A stretch of DNA of 64,000 nt from an uncultured Micrococcales bacterium (GCA_903935175.1 CAIZQQ010000167.1:2811-66810), one strand, 5' to 3'. Positions 1 to 10,716 are shown, numbered from the stretch's first letter. Translations and numbers: made by a program. Notes: generated by a model not told the origin, from the sequence alone.

Positions 1-319
1 GCTCGGGTCGGTCATCCGCGTGCTTTTGGGTCGCTGGGAGGGCAAGTTGCCTTACGGTATCTTGTTCGCCAACACGCTCGCATCTGCGGTTGGCGCTTGG
101 GTGCTGCTCGAAGTGGGCGACGGCGAATTCACCTCGGTGGCGCTGATTGCAGGTTTTGCCGGTGGGCTTTCGACCTTCAGTGCCTATGTCGGGCAGACCG
201 TGAACTACTGGCGCAAGGGCCGTCTGATTCAGGGCGTGCTGAACACCGTTTTGCAGTTTGGGCTTCCATCCACAGCCGTTTATCTGGTCGCACTTTGGTG
301 CACGCCGCTGATAAACTAG
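1..319 (+). CDS. crcB: Fluoride channel CrcB/Fluc (5'-truncated by window edge)
   Basis: Frame open from window start (LGSVIRVLL). Fluc motifs PYGILFAN and GFAGGLSTFS; small hydrophobic protein. Confidence 0.85.
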   Translation, partial: LGSVIRVLLGRWEGKLPYGILFANTLASAVGAWVLLEVGDGEFTSVALIAGFAGGLSTFSAYVGQTVNYWRKGRLIQGVLNTVLQFGLPSTAVYLVALWCTPLIN

Positions 320-383
320 CGGCAGGTTTTTGGCGTGACGAACGGTTCACGCTTTCGAGTCGAACACTGTTAGGGGGCTCGCC

Positions 384-674
384 ATGGGGCGTGGCCGTCA
401 AAAAGCGAAGCACACCAAAGTTGCTCGCGAACTCAAGTACTTCAGCCCATCGGTTGACCTAACCGCGCTAGAGCGCGAGCTCAAGCCGGTCGGTGGCAGC
501 GAGCCAGACTACGAAGACAAGTGGGCCGATCTTTACCCAGAAGCAGTCGACGACGCTGACGGCGAAACCGGCACTACTGTTGGCGAACTAGAAGACGTTG
601 TAGAGACCGAAGATGCCGACGAAGTTGGCGAACAGCTCGGTGACATCGACGATGATGGCGCTGCTGAGCGCTAA
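384..674 (+). CDS. DUF3073 family protein
   Basis: N-terminus MGRGRQKAKHTKVARELKY typical of actinobacterial DUF3073; acidic tail; usual neighbour of purM. Confidence 0.9.
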   Translation: MGRGRQKAKHTKVARELKYFSPSVDLTALERELKPVGGSEPDYEDKWADLYPEAVDDADGETGTTVGELEDVVETEDADEVGEQLGDIDDDGAAER

Positions 675-689
675 AAACGAGCGGATGCT

Positions 690-1781
690 CTACGAGCGGT
701 AACCGCCGACTAGACGCACCGCGCCACCGTCGGTGCCCTTCGCGCCCTGAACCCAACCATCTAGGTTGTTCGGCTGCTCGGTGATAACTCCGAGCTTGAA
801 ACCATCGATCGCCGCTGCGATTTCGTCGGCCTTGTCTGCCGAGACAACGAGAGCTTGGCCGAGACCGAGGTTCCAGGTGCCTTCGACCGACTCGAGCGAG
901 AACCCTCCCCAACCGGCCAGCACGCGAAACACGTCTTGCGGTGCCCAAGCCGAACGCTCAACCTCGAGCGCAACGCCCTGAGGTAGAACGCGGGCGAGGT
1001 TGGCTGCGATTCCGCCGCCGGTGATGTGGCTCATCGAGTGCACGCCGGCACCCAGTTCGCTTTCGAGCAACTTGTTCAGCACGCCCGTGTACAGGCGAGT
1101 TGGCTCAAGCAAAACCTCACCCAAACTGCGCGCACCAAATTCTGAAACGGTCTTGTTGTAGTCAAGCTTTGAGTCGGCCACGATCTTGCGCACCAGCGAA
1201 TAGCCGTTCGAGTGCAAGCCACTCGAGGCCATGCCGATAACAACATCGCCAACCTGAACCTTGTGAGCGCCGAGCAACTTCGAAGCCTCAACCACACCGG
1301 TTGCGGCACCGGCAACGTCGTAGTCATCAGGCCCAAGCAATCCAGGATGCTCTGCCGTCTCGCCACCGACGAGTGCAACATCGACGGCGGCACACGCCTC
1401 GGCAATGCCCCGAACAATGTCTGCGATGCGCTGTGGCACAACCTTGCCGCAGGCGATGTAGTCGGTCATGAACAAACTCTTGGCACCAACCACAACGATG
1501 TCATCGACAACCATGCCGACCAGGTCTTGGCCGATGGTGTCGTGCTTGTCGATGGCCTGCGCGATGGCTACCTTGGTGCCAACCCCGTCGGTTGAGGTGG
1601 CAAGCAGCGGACGTTCGTAAGACTTGAGAAAAGAAACATCCATCATGCCGGCGAAGCCACCGAGGCCACCAACCACAAGCGAATTGTGAGTTGCGCCAAC
1701 GGCACGCTTCATGAGTTCTACGGCTAGGTCGCCTGCTTCGGTGTCGACTCCGGCGGCTGCGTAGGCGTTAGCTTCGCTCAC
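690..1781 (-). CDS. purM: Phosphoribosylformylglycinamidine cyclo-ligase (AIR synthetase)
   Basis: YAAAGVD, STDGVGTK, GGETAEHPG, SSGLHSNGYSLVRK, SHITGGG motifs. Confidence 0.97.
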   Translation of the reverse strand: MSEANAYAAAGVDTEAGDLAVELMKRAVGATHNSLVVGGLGGFAGMMDVSFLKSYERPLLATSTDGVGTKVAIAQAIDKHDTIGQDLVGMVVDDIVVVGAKSLFMTDYIACGKVVPQRIADIVRGIAEACAAVDVALVGGETAEHPGLLGPDDYDVAGAATGVVEASKLLGAHKVQVGDVVIGMASSGLHSNGYSLVRKIVADSKLDYNKTVSEFGARSLGEVLLEPTRLYTGVLNKLLESELGAGVHSMSHITGGGIAANLARVLPQGVALEVERSAWAPQDVFRVLAGWGGFSLESVEGTWNLGLGQALVVSADKADEIAAAIDGFKLGVITEQPNNLDGWVQGAKGTDGGAVRLVGGYRS

Positions 1782-3322
1782 TTGGTCGAACCGCTCTCGG
1801 CCTCGCGAATGATTGAGTCGAGTTCGCTGTCTGGCCCAGGGTTACAGGCGGCCGGGTCTTCGGTGCGCTCGAGTAGGTTTTTGCCAAGACGGTCGGCGGT
1901 CGGCAGTTCGATCGGGTAGGTGCCGGTAAAGCAGGCGGTGCAAAGCTGTTTCTCTTGCTGACCGGTAGCCGCGATCATTCCATCCTTGGTTAGATAACCG
2001 AGCGAGTCTGCGCCGATCGATTCACGAACATCCTCGACGCCCAAACCGGTGGCAATCAGTTCGGCGCGGGTGGCAAAGTCGATGCCGTAGAAGCACGGCC
2101 AGGTGATCGGTGGCGATGAGATGCGCACGTGAATCTCGGCGGCACCGGCCTCGCGCAGCATCTGCACGAGCGCGCGCTGGGTGTTGCCGCGAACGATCGA
2201 GTCGTCGACCACGATGATTCGCTTGCCGCGAATGACTTCTTTGAGCGGGTTGAGCTTGAGGCGAATACCGCGCTGGCGAATGGTCTGCGAAGGCTGAATG
2301 AAGGTTCGTCCGACATAGGCGTTTTTCACTAGACCGTGACCAAACGGGATGCCCGACTCCTGGCTAAACCCGATGGCAGCAGGCGTTCCCGACTCCGGGG
2401 TCGGAATAACGAGGTCTGCTTCGACCGGGTACTCACGAGCGAGTGTGCGACCCATCTCGACGCGGGCGTCATAGACGTTCTTGCCATTGATCGCGGTATC
2501 TGGTCGAGCGAGGTAAACATATTCGAAAACGCAGCCAGCACGTTTGACTTCGGCGAACTTGCTCGAGCGAAGTCCGTTTTCGTCGATGGCGATTAGCTCG
2601 CCCGGCTCGACCTCGCGCACGAAAGATGCACCGACGATGTCGAGTGCTGCGGTCTCAGAAGCGATTACCCAGCCGCGCTCCAGGCGACCCAAAACTAGCG
2701 GGCGAACACCCTGCGGGTCACGTGCTGCATATAGGGTCGTCTCATCCATGAAAACAAGACAGAAGGCACCCTTCACCTTTGGCAAAAGTTCGAGCGCGGT
2801 TGCCTCGAGTGTGTGGTCGAGATCGCCCGCCATAAGTGCGGTGAGCACGGCGGTGTCGGTGGTGTTACCGCCGGTAATCTCGTTGTCGGTCTGGTCTGGA
2901 TAAACCTCGCGAAGCATTTCGACCAGGTCGGTGGTGTTGGTTAGATTGCCGTTGTGGGCTAGAGCCACAGTGCCAGAGGCGGTGCGGCCGAGGGTTGGTT
3001 GGGCGTTGCGCCAAGAAGATGAGCCGGTGGTCGAATAGCGATTGTGGCCAACGGCGATGTGACCGACGAGGCTTTCGAGAGCACTTTCGCTGAACACCTG
3101 AGACACGAGACCCATGTCTTTGTAAACCAAAAGTTTCTTGCCGTCAGAGGTGGCGATACCGGCCGATTCTTGGCCACGGTGCTGTAGCGCATAAAGACCG
3201 AAGAAGGTTAGTTTGGCAACTTCTTCACCGGGTGCCCAAACTCCGAATACGCCACATTGATCCTGCGGCCCCTTCTCGTCTGGAAGAAGGTCGTGATTCA
3301 GAAGTCCGTCGCCACGAATCAA
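1778..3322 (-). CDS. purF: Amidophosphoribosyltransferase
   Basis: Propeptide then CGVFG; LQHRGQE, HNGNLTN, VDDSIVRGNT; Fe-S cysteines (CVFEY, CFYGID, CTACF). Confidence 0.97.
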   Translation of the reverse strand: MIRGDGLLNHDLLPDEKGPQDQCGVFGVWAPGEEVAKLTFFGLYALQHRGQESAGIATSDGKKLLVYKDMGLVSQVFSESALESLVGHIAVGHNRYSTTGSSSWRNAQPTLGRTASGTVALAHNGNLTNTTDLVEMLREVYPDQTDNEITGGNTTDTAVLTALMAGDLDHTLEATALELLPKVKGAFCLVFMDETTLYAARDPQGVRPLVLGRLERGWVIASETAALDIVGASFVREVEPGELIAIDENGLRSSKFAEVKRAGCVFEYVYLARPDTAINGKNVYDARVEMGRTLAREYPVEADLVIPTPESGTPAAIGFSQESGIPFGHGLVKNAYVGRTFIQPSQTIRQRGIRLKLNPLKEVIRGKRIIVVDDSIVRGNTQRALVQMLREAGAAEIHVRISSPPITWPCFYGIDFATRAELIATGLGVEDVRESIGADSLGYLTKDGMIAATGQQEKQLCTACFTGTYPIELPTADRLGKNLLERTEDPAACNPGPDSELDSIIREAESGSTK

Positions 3323-3378
3323 GGGATTCCTTCGTTTGGGGGTGGTTGCGGGCAGAATCTGCCCCGTCGCAAGCCCAA

Positions 3379-3675
3379 CTACCCCTTTAGTTTAGTGGCT
3401 TCAACCTGCTTGGCACGAGCCCTCGAAAGCCAGTCTGCGCCGAGTGAAACAACGGTTCCGCCCAAGAAACCTGCCCCACCGATATAGACCACCAAGAACC
3501 CTAGGATGCCCGGCTGCGCCTTCTGCGCATCGCTCGCGACTGCGAAGCTAACGAACGCCAGAACGATGCCGACGAATGCGCCCGTTGCCATGAACGCGAA
3601 GAGCTTTGGCGCGCGTCGCACCGAAACAACTTCGATGGTTTCTTGAGGTTGAGATTTCTTCGAGGTTTTAGCCAT
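3379..3675 (-). CDS. Small two-TM membrane protein, conserved actinobacterial hypothetical
   Basis: VRRAPK followed by two hydrophobic helices; co-oriented between the SCP-like gene and purF. Confidence 0.7.
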   Translation of the reverse strand: MAKTSKKSQPQETIEVVSVRRAPKLFAFMATGAFVGIVLAFVSFAVASDAQKAQPGILGFLVVYIGGAGFLGGTVVSLGADWLSRARAKQVEATKLKG

Positions 3676-3678
3676 GCT

Positions 3679-4056
3679 TCAATTCAACCCGAAGTTCAGT
3701 GGCAAAACTTCCGAAAGGTCGGCACGAGTTCCCGAGGCGCGAATGCGACCGCCGGCAACCGCGTCGCTCCAAGAGATTTCACCAACCGCAATGGCAAACC
3801 ACGTTTGCGCGTCGCATTCGATAACGTTCGGCGGAGTGCCGCGGCGATGCGTCGGCCCTTCGATGCACTGGGTCGCGCCGAGCGGCGGAACCCGAACCTC
3901 TACCGAATTACCCGGGCGCAGTTCGGCCAAACACTCGAGCAGGTAGCGCACCGCCATTGCGAAATTCTCATCGCCGTGGTTGCGCTCGGAGCGACCGGCG
4001 AGCACTTCGCGAAGTGCGTGCAGCCCAGCATCCGGGTTGATCTTTCGTTTGGCCAT
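3679..4056 (-). CDS. Sterol-carrier (bacterial SCP-like) family protein
   Basis: [11 protein letters not shown]...[18 protein letters not shown]...ASGTRADLS signature; start placed at MAKRK. Confidence 0.85.
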   Translation of the reverse strand: MAKRKINPDAGLHALREVLAGRSERNHGDENFAMAVRYLLECLAELRPGNSVEVRVPPLGATQCIEGPTHRRGTPPNVIECDAQTWFAIAVGEISWSDAVAGGRIRASGTRADLSEVLPLNFGLN

Positions 4057-4093
4057 GAAAACCATTCTCGCCCCTCGCCATAAACTTGAGGCA

Positions 4094-5362
4094 ATGAAGA
4101 TTCTGGTTTTGGGTCAGGGCGCCCGCGAACACGCCATTGTGAAAGCGCTCGTGCGCACCGGAACCGAGCGAGCCGACATCATTTGCGCTCCCGGCAACGC
4201 TGGCATCGCGGCCGATGTGACCGTCGATTCGACCCTCGACCAACTGAACCCGGTCGCAGTTGCAGCGTTCGCCGTTGCAGGCGGTTTCGAGCTGGTCATC
4301 GTTGGACCAGAAGCACCACTTATCGCTGGTGTAGCCGACGCGGTTCGCGAAGCTGGAATTGCGGTCTTTGGCCCGAGCCAAGCTGCCGCCGCTCTCGAAG
4401 GTTCGAAAAACTTTGCCAAAGAGGTGATGGCCGCCGCCGATGTGCCAACCGGCCTTGCTCGCGAGTGCAACTCCATCGCCGAGGTTGAAAGCGCGATGGA
4501 TGCCTTCGGCGCGCCTTACGTAATCAAGGCAGACGGTCTCGCGGCCGGCAAGGGCGTGATCGTCACGAGCGACCGCGACGCGGCAATTGCCCACGCCGAA
4601 AAATTCATCGACATGGGCGTTTTGGTCGAAGAGTTTTTAGACGGCCAAGAGGTGAGCCTGTTTTTCTTGAGCGACGGCAAATCGGTGCTGCCGCTCACCC
4701 CGGCACAAGACTTCAAGCGCGCTTTCGACGGCGACGCCGGCCCGAACACCGGAGGCATGGGTTCTTACAGCCCACTACCTTGGCTGCCGGCTGGTTTTGT
4801 CGAAGAGGTTGAGCGCACCGTCGCCGTGCCAACCGTTCGCGAAATGGCGCAGCTCGGCAAACCATTCGTAGGTCTGCTCTACTGCGGCCTAATCGTCACC
4901 GCACGCGGCATTCGCGTGATCGAGTTCAACGCCCGCTTCGGCGACCCAGAGACTCAGGTTGTTCTCGGCCGCCTAACCAGCTCACTCGAGAACTTGCTGC
5001 ACAAGGCGGCCACCGGTCACCTCGACTCGGCCAGCGAGCCGACCTTCACCAACGATGTCGCGGTGGCTGTGGTGCTTGCCAGCGAGGGCTACCCAGACAC
5101 CTCCGCGCCGAACCGCCCGCTTTATGGCATAGCCCAGGCCGAGCAGGTTGCCGGCGTGGAGGTTTGTGTTGCAGCAGCCACGACCGACGCCGACGGTCAG
5201 CTGGTTGCCAACGGCGGGCGTGTGCTGAGCGTGGTTGCCACCGGTTCTAACTTCGCGGATGCACGTGGCCAGGCCTACGCGGGCCTCGCGAAAATCTCGC
5301 TCGAGGGTTCACACCACCGAACCGACATCGCCGCCAAGGTTGTCGAATGGGCGGTGAACTAA
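4094..5362 (+). CDS. purD: Phosphoribosylamine-glycine ligase
   Basis: [50 protein letters not shown]. Confidence 0.97.
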   Translation: MKILVLGQGAREHAIVKALVRTGTERADIICAPGNAGIAADVTVDSTLDQLNPVAVAAFAVAGGFELVIVGPEAPLIAGVADAVREAGIAVFGPSQAAAALEGSKNFAKEVMAAADVPTGLARECNSIAEVESAMDAFGAPYVIKADGLAAGKGVIVTSDRDAAIAHAEKFIDMGVLVEEFLDGQEVSLFFLSDGKSVLPLTPAQDFKRAFDGDAGPNTGGMGSYSPLPWLPAGFVEEVERTVAVPTVREMAQLGKPFVGLLYCGLIVTARGIRVIEFNARFGDPETQVVLGRLTSSLENLLHKAATGHLDSASEPTFTNDVAVAVVLASEGYPDTSAPNRPLYGIAQAEQVAGVEVCVAAATTDADGQLVANGGRVLSVVATGSNFADARGQAYAGLAKISLEGSHHRTDIAAKVVEWAVN

Positions 5363-6228
5363 TGCCTCTGCAACTAGATGGCTGGAAGCACGTTTATTCG
5401 GGCAAGGTTCGCGACCTTTACGAACCGACAGACCCAAACTTTGCGCATCTGATTCTCGTGGTGGCCAGTGATCGTGTGAGTGCTTTCGACCACGTGCTCG
5501 AGCCGAGCATCCCGGGTAAAGGCGCACACCTGACCACACTCACCAACTGGTGGTTCGAGCGGCTCGGGGTTACCAACCACGTCAGCCGCGAACTGCCGGT
5601 GCCCGCCGAGGTTGCCGGGCGTGCCACGGTTGCCAAAAAGCTCGACATGTTTCCGATCGAGTGCGTGGTGCGCGGCTACATCTCTGGCTCGGGCTGGAAG
5701 GAATATCAAGCCGACGGCACCATCTGTGGTGTGGAGCTACCCGAGGGGCTGACCTTCGGCGCCAAACTGCCCGAACCGATTTTCACGCCGGCGTTCAAGG
5801 CCGAGTTGGGCGACCACGACGAGAACATCCCCTTCGAACGAGTGGTCGAGCTCATCGGCGAGGCCGACGCCAACGCGCTTCGCGACCTGTCGCTGCAAAT
5901 TTTCGCCAAGGCTTCAGAGCTAGCCGAAAAGGCTGGGCTCATTTTGGCCGACACCAAGTTCGAGTTCGGCCGCGACCCAAAAACCGGCGAAATCACTTTG
6001 GGCGATGAGGTGCTCACCCCAGACTCGAGCCGCTTCTGGTCGCGTGCGGCTTGGGAGCGCGGCGAGCGCAAAGACTCGTTCGACAAGCAGGTTGTGCGCA
6101 ACTGGCTTGCTGAAAACTGGGATGCTTCGTCGACCACCCTGCCACCTGCGTTGCCGCAGGCCATCGTCGACCAAACCGCCGGCAAGTATGCAGAGCTGGT
6201 TGAGCGCCTAACCTCGGCAGTGGCTTAA
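5347..6228 (+). CDS. purC: SAICAR synthase
   Basis: [45 protein letters not shown]; true start may be 5362. Confidence 0.97.
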   Translation: MGGELMPLQLDGWKHVYSGKVRDLYEPTDPNFAHLILVVASDRVSAFDHVLEPSIPGKGAHLTTLTNWWFERLGVTNHVSRELPVPAEVAGRATVAKKLDMFPIECVVRGYISGSGWKEYQADGTICGVELPEGLTFGAKLPEPIFTPAFKAELGDHDENIPFERVVELIGEADANALRDLSLQIFAKASELAEKAGLILADTKFEFGRDPKTGEITLGDEVLTPDSSRFWSRAAWERGERKDSFDKQVVRNWLAENWDASSTTLPPALPQAIVDQTAGKYAELVERLTSAVA

Positions 6229-6230
6229 AG

Positions 6231-6263
6231 CAAAACGCAGACCCGAATCGGATCTGCGTTTTG
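6231..6263. terminator. Bidirectional intrinsic terminator
   Basis: CAAAACGCAGA...TCTGCGTTTTG inverted repeat between convergent genes. Confidence 0.75.
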
Positions 6264-6284
6264 GTGTTACTAAGAACTCATCGA

Positions 6285-6899
6285 CTAGTCGTTCTTTTTG
6301 CCTTTGCCGTTGTTTCCATGGCCGTTGTTGCCTTTGCCCTTTACCTTGCCCTTGCCATCGTTTTCAGGCTTGACAGGCTTGGCTGGAATTTCTCCCAGAG
6401 CTGCAATGGCTTCGTTGCGAGACTTGACCGCAGCGGCAATCTCAGCGGCCTTGGTGGCACGAGCGTAAGCTCGGGCAACCTGTGGGTCGGCGGCAGTCTT
6501 GGCAGCAGCCATCGATGCAGCAAACGTAGTTTCGGTTGCCTTCACCGAGGTGTTGAAGTTGGTCTTAATCGTCTTCAGAGCCGAGATCAGGCTGGCGTTG
6601 GTGGTTTCCCAAGCGGTCATCGCCTCTTTCCAGGCGGTCATGGCTGCTTTGAACTCAACCTTGGCTGCGTAGTTGGCCTGCTTCTGCTCGTAGGTCTTTC
6701 GAATCTTGCGGTAGCCGTCAACAACCTTGCGGTCTTTTGGCTGCACATCTACAGACACGTTGGTGTCGGTGGTGTCGGTCACCGGGCTGGTGATCGGATA
6801 GTTGCTTGGGGCTAACTCACTGGCCGAGGCCGAAACAGCCGAGCCAAGGCTAAGAGCTAGAACTAGGCCGGTGGCGGCTAGTGTCTTTGAAATCTTCAT
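6285..6899 (-). CDS. Secreted Ala/Lys-rich helical protein of unknown function
   Basis: Sec signal peptide (MKISKT...SASA); GAAAGG RBS; AMTAW repeat; C-terminal G/K/N tail with NNGHGNN. Confidence 0.8.
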   Translation of the reverse strand: MKISKTLAATGLVLALSLGSAVSASASELAPSNYPITSPVTDTTDTNVSVDVQPKDRKVVDGYRKIRKTYEQKQANYAAKVEFKAAMTAWKEAMTAWETTNASLISALKTIKTNFNTSVKATETTFAASMAAAKTAADPQVARAYARATKAAEIAAAVKSRNEAIAALGEIPAKPVKPENDGKGKVKGKGNNGHGNNGKGKKND

Positions 6900-7030
6900 C
6901 TGAGAAACCTTTCGTTGGTTTTCTTACAATCACAAGTTTGCAACGGCGACCTTTAGAAAACCGTGTGAAGAATCTGCGCACAGTTATAGAAAGCGGATGA
7001 CCTGAGCCAGGCCTTCGCTAACCTAAGTGC

Positions 7031-7729
7031 ATGACCGCCAAAACCTCAGCAGCCCGCATCCTGGTAGTAGACGACGAAGATGTGCTTCGCGAAATGCTCG
7101 GCGATGCTCTGCGACTAAGTGGATTCGAAGTGCTTGAGGCGGCCGACGGATCGAAGGCGCTCACCATTTTGCAAAGCGGCAAAGTCGACCTGATCATCAG
7201 CGACGTGAACATGCCCGGCATGGACGGCTACGAAATGCTCAGCCACCTTCGCGCTCAGGGCGACGAAACTCCGGCGATCATGCTCACCGCAAGAAGAGAG
7301 CGAGCGGATGTCACCAAGGGACTCAAACTCGGAGCCGACGACTACGTGACCAAGCCTTTCGGTCTCGAAGAACTTATCTTGCGCGTGAACGCGGTGTTGC
7401 GTCGAACGATGGGGGCAGTATCCGCTTCATCGAAGTTGGTTTGTGGGCCGGTTGAAATCATCGACGACCTGCACCAGGTGACCGTGGATGGCAACGAGGT
7501 AGAGCTTTCGCCAACCGAATACCACCTGCTAACCGTGCTGATGGAGAACAAGGGCAAGGTAATCAGCCGCAGCAAGCTGCTGCTCGAGGTTTGGGACATC
7601 AACTTTGACACCGGCACCAACGTGGTCGACACCTACATTTCTTATCTACGTCGCAAGGTGCACACCGAGACCTTTCAGGGCATCAAAACCGTTCGCGGCA
7701 TCGGCTTTCAAATGATCGAAGGCAAATGA
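7031..7729 (+). CDS. OmpR/PhoP-family response regulator
   Basis: ILVVDDE, ISDVNMP, GADDYVTKPF; winged helix VVDTYISYLRRK...TVRGIG. Confidence 0.95.
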   Translation: MTAKTSAARILVVDDEDVLREMLGDALRLSGFEVLEAADGSKALTILQSGKVDLIISDVNMPGMDGYEMLSHLRAQGDETPAIMLTARRERADVTKGLKLGADDYVTKPFGLEELILRVNAVLRRTMGAVSASSKLVCGPVEIIDDLHQVTVDGNEVELSPTEYHLLTVLMENKGKVISRSKLLLEVWDINFDTGTNVVDTYISYLRRKVHTETFQGIKTVRGIGFQMIEGK

Positions 7730-9078
7730 GGCTTCGCACTCGCCTGTTTTTAGCCACCGCCGCCGTCACCACCGTTACCGCCGCGGCCGTTGGGCTGGCC
7801 GGCACACTCTATGCGTTCGACTCAGAGGTGAAGCGCCTCGACAAGGTTCTAGCCAAGGTTTCGGCCGACGCAACCGACGCGGCTCCAGACCAGATTTCGG
7901 CAGCCATCGAATCGGCGGCCGACCGCTCATTCGCGGTGCAGGTTTCGATTCTCGACACCCAGGGACTACTAACCAATGTCTATGGCGTCGAGAACATCGT
8001 CGAGGCGGCGCCAGCTATCGAACTAGCCGAGCAGGCTCAAGGCTCGCCGATAACCGTTGAGTCTGCCGAGACCTATCGCATGAGTTCGGTAGCCATCGAC
8101 AGCGGTGACTACGTGTTGCTGATCATGCCACTGCAAGAAGCCATCGATACACGAAATGCAAACCTCGGCTGGCTCGGCGGCTTTATTGTCATTGCCGTCG
8201 GCCTGGGCATCCTGGTTATTTGGCTACTGATTCGCCTCGACCTGCGCGTCATGGAGCGTTTGGTGCAATCGGCCAAGAGCATCGCGGCCGGCGAAGAGGT
8301 CAGCCTGCCGGCATCGAAGCGCGGTGGCGAGGTGGCCGAGCTGTCACAGGCGCTGAGTCAAATGCTCGATTCGCTGCGTGGTTCGATTGCCGCTGAGCAG
8401 AACGTTCACAAAGCCATGCAGGCCTTCATGGGCGATGCCTCACACGAATTGCGCACCCCTCTCACGGTAATCAAGGGTTACTCAGAGCTGTTGCAAAAGC
8501 AGGGCGCTGACGCTGAGTTTAGAAACAAAGCGCTGCCTCGGATGCTCAGCGAAGTCGTTCGCATGGAGCAACTGATCAACGACCTGCTGCTCCTGGCCGA
8601 ACTTGGCGAGAGACAAGTTGGCGAGCGCGATCGCATTGACCTAACCCAGATTGTTGGCGAGTTTGTTGACGACCTAAAGGCTCTGCAGCCAAAGCGCACT
8701 GTCTCGGTAAAGATTGCCAAAAACCTCAAGGTGATGGGCTCTGGCGCGCACCTGCACCAGCTGCTCTCGAATCTGTTCGGCAACCTGCGCAAGCACACCC
8801 CGGTTGACGCCGAAGTTCGGGTGAGCTTGTCTTCGGCTGGCACCGATCAGGTGCTGTTGACGGTAGAGGATGCTGGGCCCGGGCTACCCGAGCATTATTA
8901 CGACGACGGGGTCGAGTCGTTTGTGCGCTTCGACGCCTTTGCATCGCGGCAACAGGGCAGCAGCGGATTGGGTATGACCATCATGCGAACGATTGTCGAT
9001 CAGCACGGGGGTCGCGTGCGCCTAAGCCGCAGCGAACTCGGCGGCTTGAAAACCGAAATCTATTTGGCGCGCAAGTAG
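7726..9078 (+). CDS. HAMP-containing sensor histidine kinase
   Basis: Two TMs, HAMP, H-box DASHELRTPL, N-box NLFGNLRKH, DAGPG and GLG boxes; ATGA overlap with the regulator. Confidence 0.95.
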   Translation: MRLRTRLFLATAAVTTVTAAAVGLAGTLYAFDSEVKRLDKVLAKVSADATDAAPDQISAAIESAADRSFAVQVSILDTQGLLTNVYGVENIVEAAPAIELAEQAQGSPITVESAETYRMSSVAIDSGDYVLLIMPLQEAIDTRNANLGWLGGFIVIAVGLGILVIWLLIRLDLRVMERLVQSAKSIAAGEEVSLPASKRGGEVAELSQALSQMLDSLRGSIAAEQNVHKAMQAFMGDASHELRTPLTVIKGYSELLQKQGADAEFRNKALPRMLSEVVRMEQLINDLLLLAELGERQVGERDRIDLTQIVGEFVDDLKALQPKRTVSVKIAKNLKVMGSGAHLHQLLSNLFGNLRKHTPVDAEVRVSLSSAGTDQVLLTVEDAGPGLPEHYYDDGVESFVRFDAFASRQQGSSGLGMTIMRTIVDQHGGRVRLSRSELGGLKTEIYLARK

Positions 9079-9260
9079 GCGACTACCGCGTTAGCGTGAC
9101 CGTGGCCCATGCCGTGCTCGGTCTTGAGCCAGTTGACCTGCTCCATGTGCTTTAGGTCGGTGACCTTGGCTAGTGCGTCGAACCAGAACTGCATCGGCTT
9201 GCCGTAGGTTTTTTCGATTGAAAGAAAGTATGAGGCTGGGCCTTTTACCTTTTCGGTCAT
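9060..9260 (-). CDS. DUF4287 domain protein
   Basis: GPASYF.SIEKTYGKP...WLKTEHGMGHGHANAVV signature. Confidence 0.85.
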   Translation of the reverse strand: MTEKVKGPASYFLSIEKTYGKPMQFWFDALAKVTDLKHMEQVNWLKTEHGMGHGHANAVVAYLRAK

Positions 9261-9308
9261 GATGTGTTCCTGTGAGTGGTCGGCGGTCGGTGGCGGCTTT
9301 GCGGTCAG

Positions 9309-10118
9309 TTAGAAGTAATTGATCAGCAGCGAACCGACGCCAACCCAGATTATCGAATCGAAGCGGTCGAGCACACCACCGAATCCGGGGATGATCGCGC
9401 CTGCATCCTTGACATTGGCAAGCCGCTTGATTTTCGACTCGACCCAGTCGCCGAGAACGGCGAAGGCGGCTAGTCCCAGATAACCGGTTAGATTGATGCT
9501 CGCTGCCGGTTCACCGAACAACATTCCGCCACCAAACACCCAGAGCCAGGCGACACCACCAAGAACGAATGACACGAGAAGACCACCGAGGGTTTTGTTT
9601 GGCGAAGTTTTCTTGAAGATTTTGTAGTCGAATGGCTTGAACCGCGCCAGTGTCTTGCCGCCAACCCAACCACCGATGTCGAATAGCGCCACCACGAAGA
9701 GCAGAACGAGCGCAGACGCCGCAAGGTCGAATAGTTTGTAGCCACCAACCAAAATCGCCGCGAGCCAAAGCAGCCCGAGCCAGGTGCGCGCCGTCTTTCG
9801 AGGCTTCACGGCCATCAACCGCAGAGTCTCGAAGATTGCGGCTGCCGCCACTAGGCTCCAGAAAAACAAAAAGCCAAACCCAATGTCGTTGGTGTCGGCG
9901 GTGCGGTCAAAAATGACGAGCGCAATCGACAAAACCAAAATGCCGGCCCACGAAAACACCCGTGCGGCAATCAGTCGAGCTGTCGGCGATCGGGTGGCGA
10001 AAAACCAAATGCCTATGGGCACTCCCGCTGCGATGACTAGAACCGAAGCTGCCAAGACGGCGAGTTGAACCGCAGACTGCAGCTGTTCGAACACCTCTAA
10101 GAAGTTAGGCACGAGCAC
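9309..10118 (-). CDS. Phosphatidate cytidylyltransferase family protein (CdsA/YnbB-like)
   Basis: SPNKTLGG and GDWVESKIKR...VKDAG..IPGFGGVLDRFDS; polytopic membrane protein. Confidence 0.88.
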   Translation of the reverse strand: MLVPNFLEVFEQLQSAVQLAVLAASVLVIAAGVPIGIWFFATRSPTARLIAARVFSWAGILVLSIALVIFDRTADTNDIGFGFLFFWSLVAAAAIFETLRLMAVKPRKTARTWLGLLWLAAILVGGYKLFDLAASALVLLFVVALFDIGGWVGGKTLARFKPFDYKIFKKTSPNKTLGGLLVSFVLGGVAWLWVFGGGMLFGEPAASINLTGYLGLAAFAVLGDWVESKIKRLANVKDAGAIIPGFGGVLDRFDSIIWVGVGSLLINYF

Positions 10119-10716
10119 CTCGTTTCATTACGCGGATGCGCTGCACGCGCATCCCCGCGGTGACAACTGACCCGACCACAACGACCCCGGCCCACACGAC
10201 CACGAAGGTTGCCGAGGTGCTGGGTGTCGCGAAGAACTCTATGGCGATTGCGAGTAGGACGAGCGAGAAGCTGCGCTCGGTTTTGCCGAACGGGCCGCCG
10301 TTGATGCGTGGGTGGTCGAAGCGCAGCACGCCCCAGATCGAGGCGGCGGTGGGCAGGGCGACGGCGAACATCAGGGCGAAGGTGGCGAGCGGGTCGAGAC
10401 CGATCCAGAGGACTCCGGCGAAAAGCGCCCAGTCGCCGAAGCGGTCGCCGAGCTCGTTCACCCAAAAACCGCGGCGCGACTCGAGGCTTCGGGCGCGCGC
10501 CACCACCCCGTCGAGGTTCGCCCCGGCCAAACGCACCAGCACGCCAACGGCCACGAGCAACGAGCTTCCATTAGCCAGACCGTAGCCGCCGAGCACACCG
10601 CCGAGAACGCCGAGCCAGGTGAATAGGTCGGGCGAGAGCTTGGCTCGCACGGCTAGCTTCGAAAGAGGCGAGAGCAGCCGCGAATAAAAGTCCTTGAGAC
10701 CGTAGAGGCCTTTCAT
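10105..10716 (-). CDS. CDP-alcohol phosphatidyltransferase family protein (YnbA-like)
   Basis: Start MKGLYGLK. Variant motif NLDGVVAR...S..G...NELGDRFGD; GPFGKTER. Confidence 0.85.
   Translation of the reverse strand: MKGLYGLKDFYSRLLSPLSKLAVRAKLSPDLFTWLGVLGGVLGGYGLANGSSLLVAVGVLVRLAGANLDGVVARARSLESRRGFWVNELGDRFGDWALFAGVLWIGLDPLATFALMFAVALPTAASIWGVLRFDHPRINGGPFGKTERSFSLVLLAIAIEFFATPSTSATFVVVWAGVVVVGSVVTAGMRVQRIRVMKRGARA

Noticed and set aside
3340-3376. Purine or ZMP riboswitch upstream of purF
   Set aside because: Only a short GGGCAG/CTGCCC inverted repeat in a ~56-nt gap; no aptamer consensus.
3980-4093. N-terminal extension of PurD
   Set aside because: Overlaps the divergent SCP-like gene; the family start MKILV is at 4094.
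6261-6815. Antisense 184-aa ORF and the many similar shadow ORFs in the track
   Set aside because: They lie opposite or out of frame to well-supported genes and lack motifs; expected in GC-rich DNA.
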